Assembly (NCBI GenBank): GCA_030704615.1
Contig: JAKLZA010000354.1
Location: forward strand, 1 to 37,771
DNA length: 37,771 nucleotides
Direction of reading: 5' to 3'
From: Takakia lepidozioides
Taxonomy: Eukaryota; Plantae; Bryophyta
In this document: positions 35,202 to 37,771 of the stretch, piece after piece
Numbering within the stretch: position 1 is the first letter of the stretch
How the letters are laid out: the number at the start of each line of letters is the position of its first letter
Position numbers and translations under genes: made by a program
Notes under the pieces: model-generated
Database searches by the model: none
Told to the model about the DNA's origin: nothing
The model's input: only the letters and a program-made list of their open reading frames with translations

Positions 35202-37104
35202 GCCTGGAATGAGCTAGCAACAAATTTGGTAGTGTAGTGGGATAGACTCTGCATCCAATAGAATCCACAGGATCTCTCTTTCCCCTCCATTGGAACATTG
35301 GGGTCCTCACCGTACACACGCCGCACCGCTGCCCAGTTGGCCTGAGCGTTGTCTGCCATGAATCCCCTGAAATTGGGCTCTGGCAATCCCGCCCTTGCCA
35401 TCTGCTCGTTTATGCCCTCCCACAGATGCATCTCGGACTGTGTGTCCTCCCCTTTCATCTCGCAGATTGCAATCGTCATGAGCCTCTTGGAGTGATAGTC
35501 ATAAACATGCGCACCCATAGTCACCCACTGATGGTTTGTAATTTGCTTGATGTGATCAAACATCACCCAAGCATTCGACAAGTTTCCAGTTGTCATGCGA
35601 GTGACCAAGTCGACTCCACTCCCAGGCCCACACGTCGACATTTTGAAAATGTAACAACGATCGGATTCGCTGCCTTGCCCTGGAAACCTGCTACCTTGGA
35701 TGTAGTCATATCCAGTCATTCGTTTCACCTCCAGGATTGAGTACATGTCCGACCCCCTGCGAACTCCTGCTTGCAAGATACGATGTGATTCCGCACATTC
35801 GGACTACAAACGTGCGAGACGGACTCCAAGAGGTCCCGCATCTCGTCTTCGGTCAAGGGCTCTCGGTCGGAACCATCTTCAGACATGATTTTGCCAAGAG
35901 CAATCTTGTGAGCTGCCTTCAGCTGAATCTGCTTTGGTCTGGCTCCGGGGCTCAATTTCACCTCCTCTTTTATGATGTCGTGTGCTTCCTGCACAGCCTC
36001 ACGCATGTTGCCTCTCGCCAAGGGGTGGCAGTGGACCCCAACGTGTATGCAAGCTCTAGTCAAGTCCGGGAGCAAATGGATAACGTAGTATTGCTTGGCT
36101 CTGCACATGGACATGCACGTCGGTGGTTCTTTGCAATGTGCACACTTGAAAGAACCCGCAGGAGCTTGGCTGGAGACAATGAATGGATGATGCGTTGTGC
36201 CAGTCCAATCCGTCTCGTTTCTCCGCCCTCCTTTGGAGAGAAAGTGGAAGCAGGTGGGATTGAGGCACCTCAGCTTCCCCGCACAGAGGACATATCGTAC
36301 ACGAACACCATCAGCAATTTTCGTGCTACTGGTCTTCGTCACACACCAGGGGTGTCCGTCATGCTTTCGATCCATGTCTGTTAACATCCCGGAGGCTTTC
36401 TTTGACGAAGAAACAGGTGGAAACTCGAAGATGACATTGCCATCGACTTCGGGAGGCAGAAACGTTACCTTTCTGACTGGGAATTTGGCATAGTCGAGAG
36501 CAGCCAGCTCGGAGCGAGAACCATCGAGGTGATGTTGTCGTAGGAGCTGCACAATGGACCGGGTTGGAGTTATGCTCGAGGGCACATTCGTAGCACCTAC
36601 AGAGACGTCCATGCCGGATTTGAACGACCGTGTGGAGGACATGGGTACCTCAATGCAATCATCTTCCTCGTCGGAAATGTCGAATACGTCCACACGAGAA
36701 GCTATGGAGGGTCTTGACGGTCCAGGTCGGGAATGATTATCGTTGCATACCTCTCTGTTGGCAGTGGCCGCCTCTCGGTTTCCGGACTCCTTTGTGGATG
36801 GTGTGGGCAGCGACTGATTCGGAAAGGGAATGGGCATTCCCACAGCTCGATACAGGATGGTGTCTGACGGGGGAACGTGCCATTCGATTCCGCAACCTCC
36901 GTCGTTACCTAGCACGACAATGGTCTCGTCAACCTGTCCAGGAACATCCTTCCTTTCTTCTTCCAAATAAACTGTGCCCGGTTTGAGCTTGAATTTGGAA
37001 CAAAGGTAAGTTTCGGTCACTCTGCAAAGTCCTCCCTCGTTTGGGATCCAGGCTCTCCCAAGTTGCGGAGGACAGCAAACTATAGCGTAGGAATTCGGAG
37101 CCAT
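35202..37104 (-). pseudogene. 5' part of element B transposase (one frameshift near 35775; split by element C)
   Basis: MAPNSY...KHDGHPWCVTKTSS...GVHCHP...MFDH...FMADN...CGFY, colinear with exon 1 of the A transposase. Confidence 0.9.
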
Positions 37105-37533
37105 CGAACACCGCACGGAGTTGGCAAGTGCGAGGTTCAGTATAGCGACAGACCAAGGCTCACAGGCACCATCTAAGTGGATCTGCGGAGTCCATCGACG
37201 ATTGGAAGTCGCACATTGAAGTGAAAAGTATTGTTTCAAGCTACATGCATGAAGGTGGGAGGTTTGATTCCATAGCCAGTGAGTATGACAATGATGGCCG
37301 ATTCGGCGACGAAATAACATCTCCTGCCAGTTTCTCCTGAGGGTGGATCCAGCAGTATTCTCGGTGCAGACAGGAACGTTCGCCCTGACAAGTGCCAGGA
37401 TTGCTGGTTAAAACTGTCAGACAACCAAGTTGTGCTCATCAAGACTGGCCGCAATTGTGTTGTTTCGGAACAATGCAACCCATTCAGGTTCCAGATTTCC
37501 CGTCCCGAGTGATTCTTTCGATTGCTGGTGGAC

Positions 37534-37767
37534 GAAAATACGGCGCCGCATTTCCGTATTGCATCTTGGTCATGCACCAGAGCGACGGAAATGCGGCACC
37601 GAGTTTCCGTCCGGGGGAAACCTTTATACTCTCCAGAACGGAAATGCGGTAACGCATTTCCATCCAGCAAGCACGGTATGTGAAGGTCGAACGGAAATGC
37701 GGTACCGCATTTCCGTTCTGATTGAGATTTATGAACAACGGGAACAGAAATGCGGCACCGCATTTCC
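37534..37767. repeat. Regularly interspaced palindromes of element B (22 bp repeat, 31 bp dissimilar spacers, 53 bp period)
   Basis: GGAAATGCGG(TA/CA/CG)CCGCATTTCC-type copies at 37534, 37587, 37640, 37693 and 37746; the array probably continues past the window. Confidence 0.9.
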
Positions 37768-37771
37768 GTCC

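Larger units (their letters stand above)
21359..37771 (-). mobile_element. Element B: related MULE inserted in A', running off the window, host of element C
   Basis: Begins with the same GAGGTTTACTATTTCATGAGC end plus ATGAGC repeats, exactly where A' homology stops. Has its own transposase and its own palindrome (21936-21957 and 37534-37767). Confidence 0.85.

Noticed and set aside
37534-37767. True CRISPR array (also considered for 7300-8900)
   Set aside because: No cas genes, an intron-containing eukaryotic transposon context, degenerate repeats that are also scattered singly in introns, and spacers in A that are partly tandem duplicates. Better explained as phased protein-binding sites.

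Overview
This is eukaryotic DNA with GT-AG introns, probably from a non-seed land plant (inferred). It is almost entirely a nest of large Mutator-like (MULE) DNA transposons. Element A spans 1118-14751. A' (16348-21358) is an internally deleted copy of A. B starts at 21359 inside A' and runs past the window end. C (23922-35201) sits inside B's transposase gene and is flanked by a perfect 9-10 bp target-site duplication. A transposase relic and LTR-retrotransposon scraps fill the gaps. A and C share one layout: a two-exon transposase (GCM-like Zn domain, DDE core, PARP-like Zn finger, SWIM) arranged head-to-head with a ~10-exon cargo gene. The cargo gene encodes a ParB/Srx-fold domain (DGNHR) fused to a beta-class N6-adenine/N4-cytosine DNA-methyltransferase fold whose motif IV reads DIPD. 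Each family carries many copies of its own CG-containing palindrome in introns, intergenic and subterminal DNA: ATTTCGGCGCCGAAAT in A, GGAAATGCGGNNCCGCATTTCC in B and AACCTTGCGTNNACGCAAGGTT in C. The copies are spaced at about 64, 53 and 42 bp, or roughly 6, 5 and 4 helical turns. The working hypothesis is a transposon-encoded, parS/ParB-like self-recognition and epigenetic marking or anti-silencing system. Domain calls come from reading motifs by eye, not from database searches.
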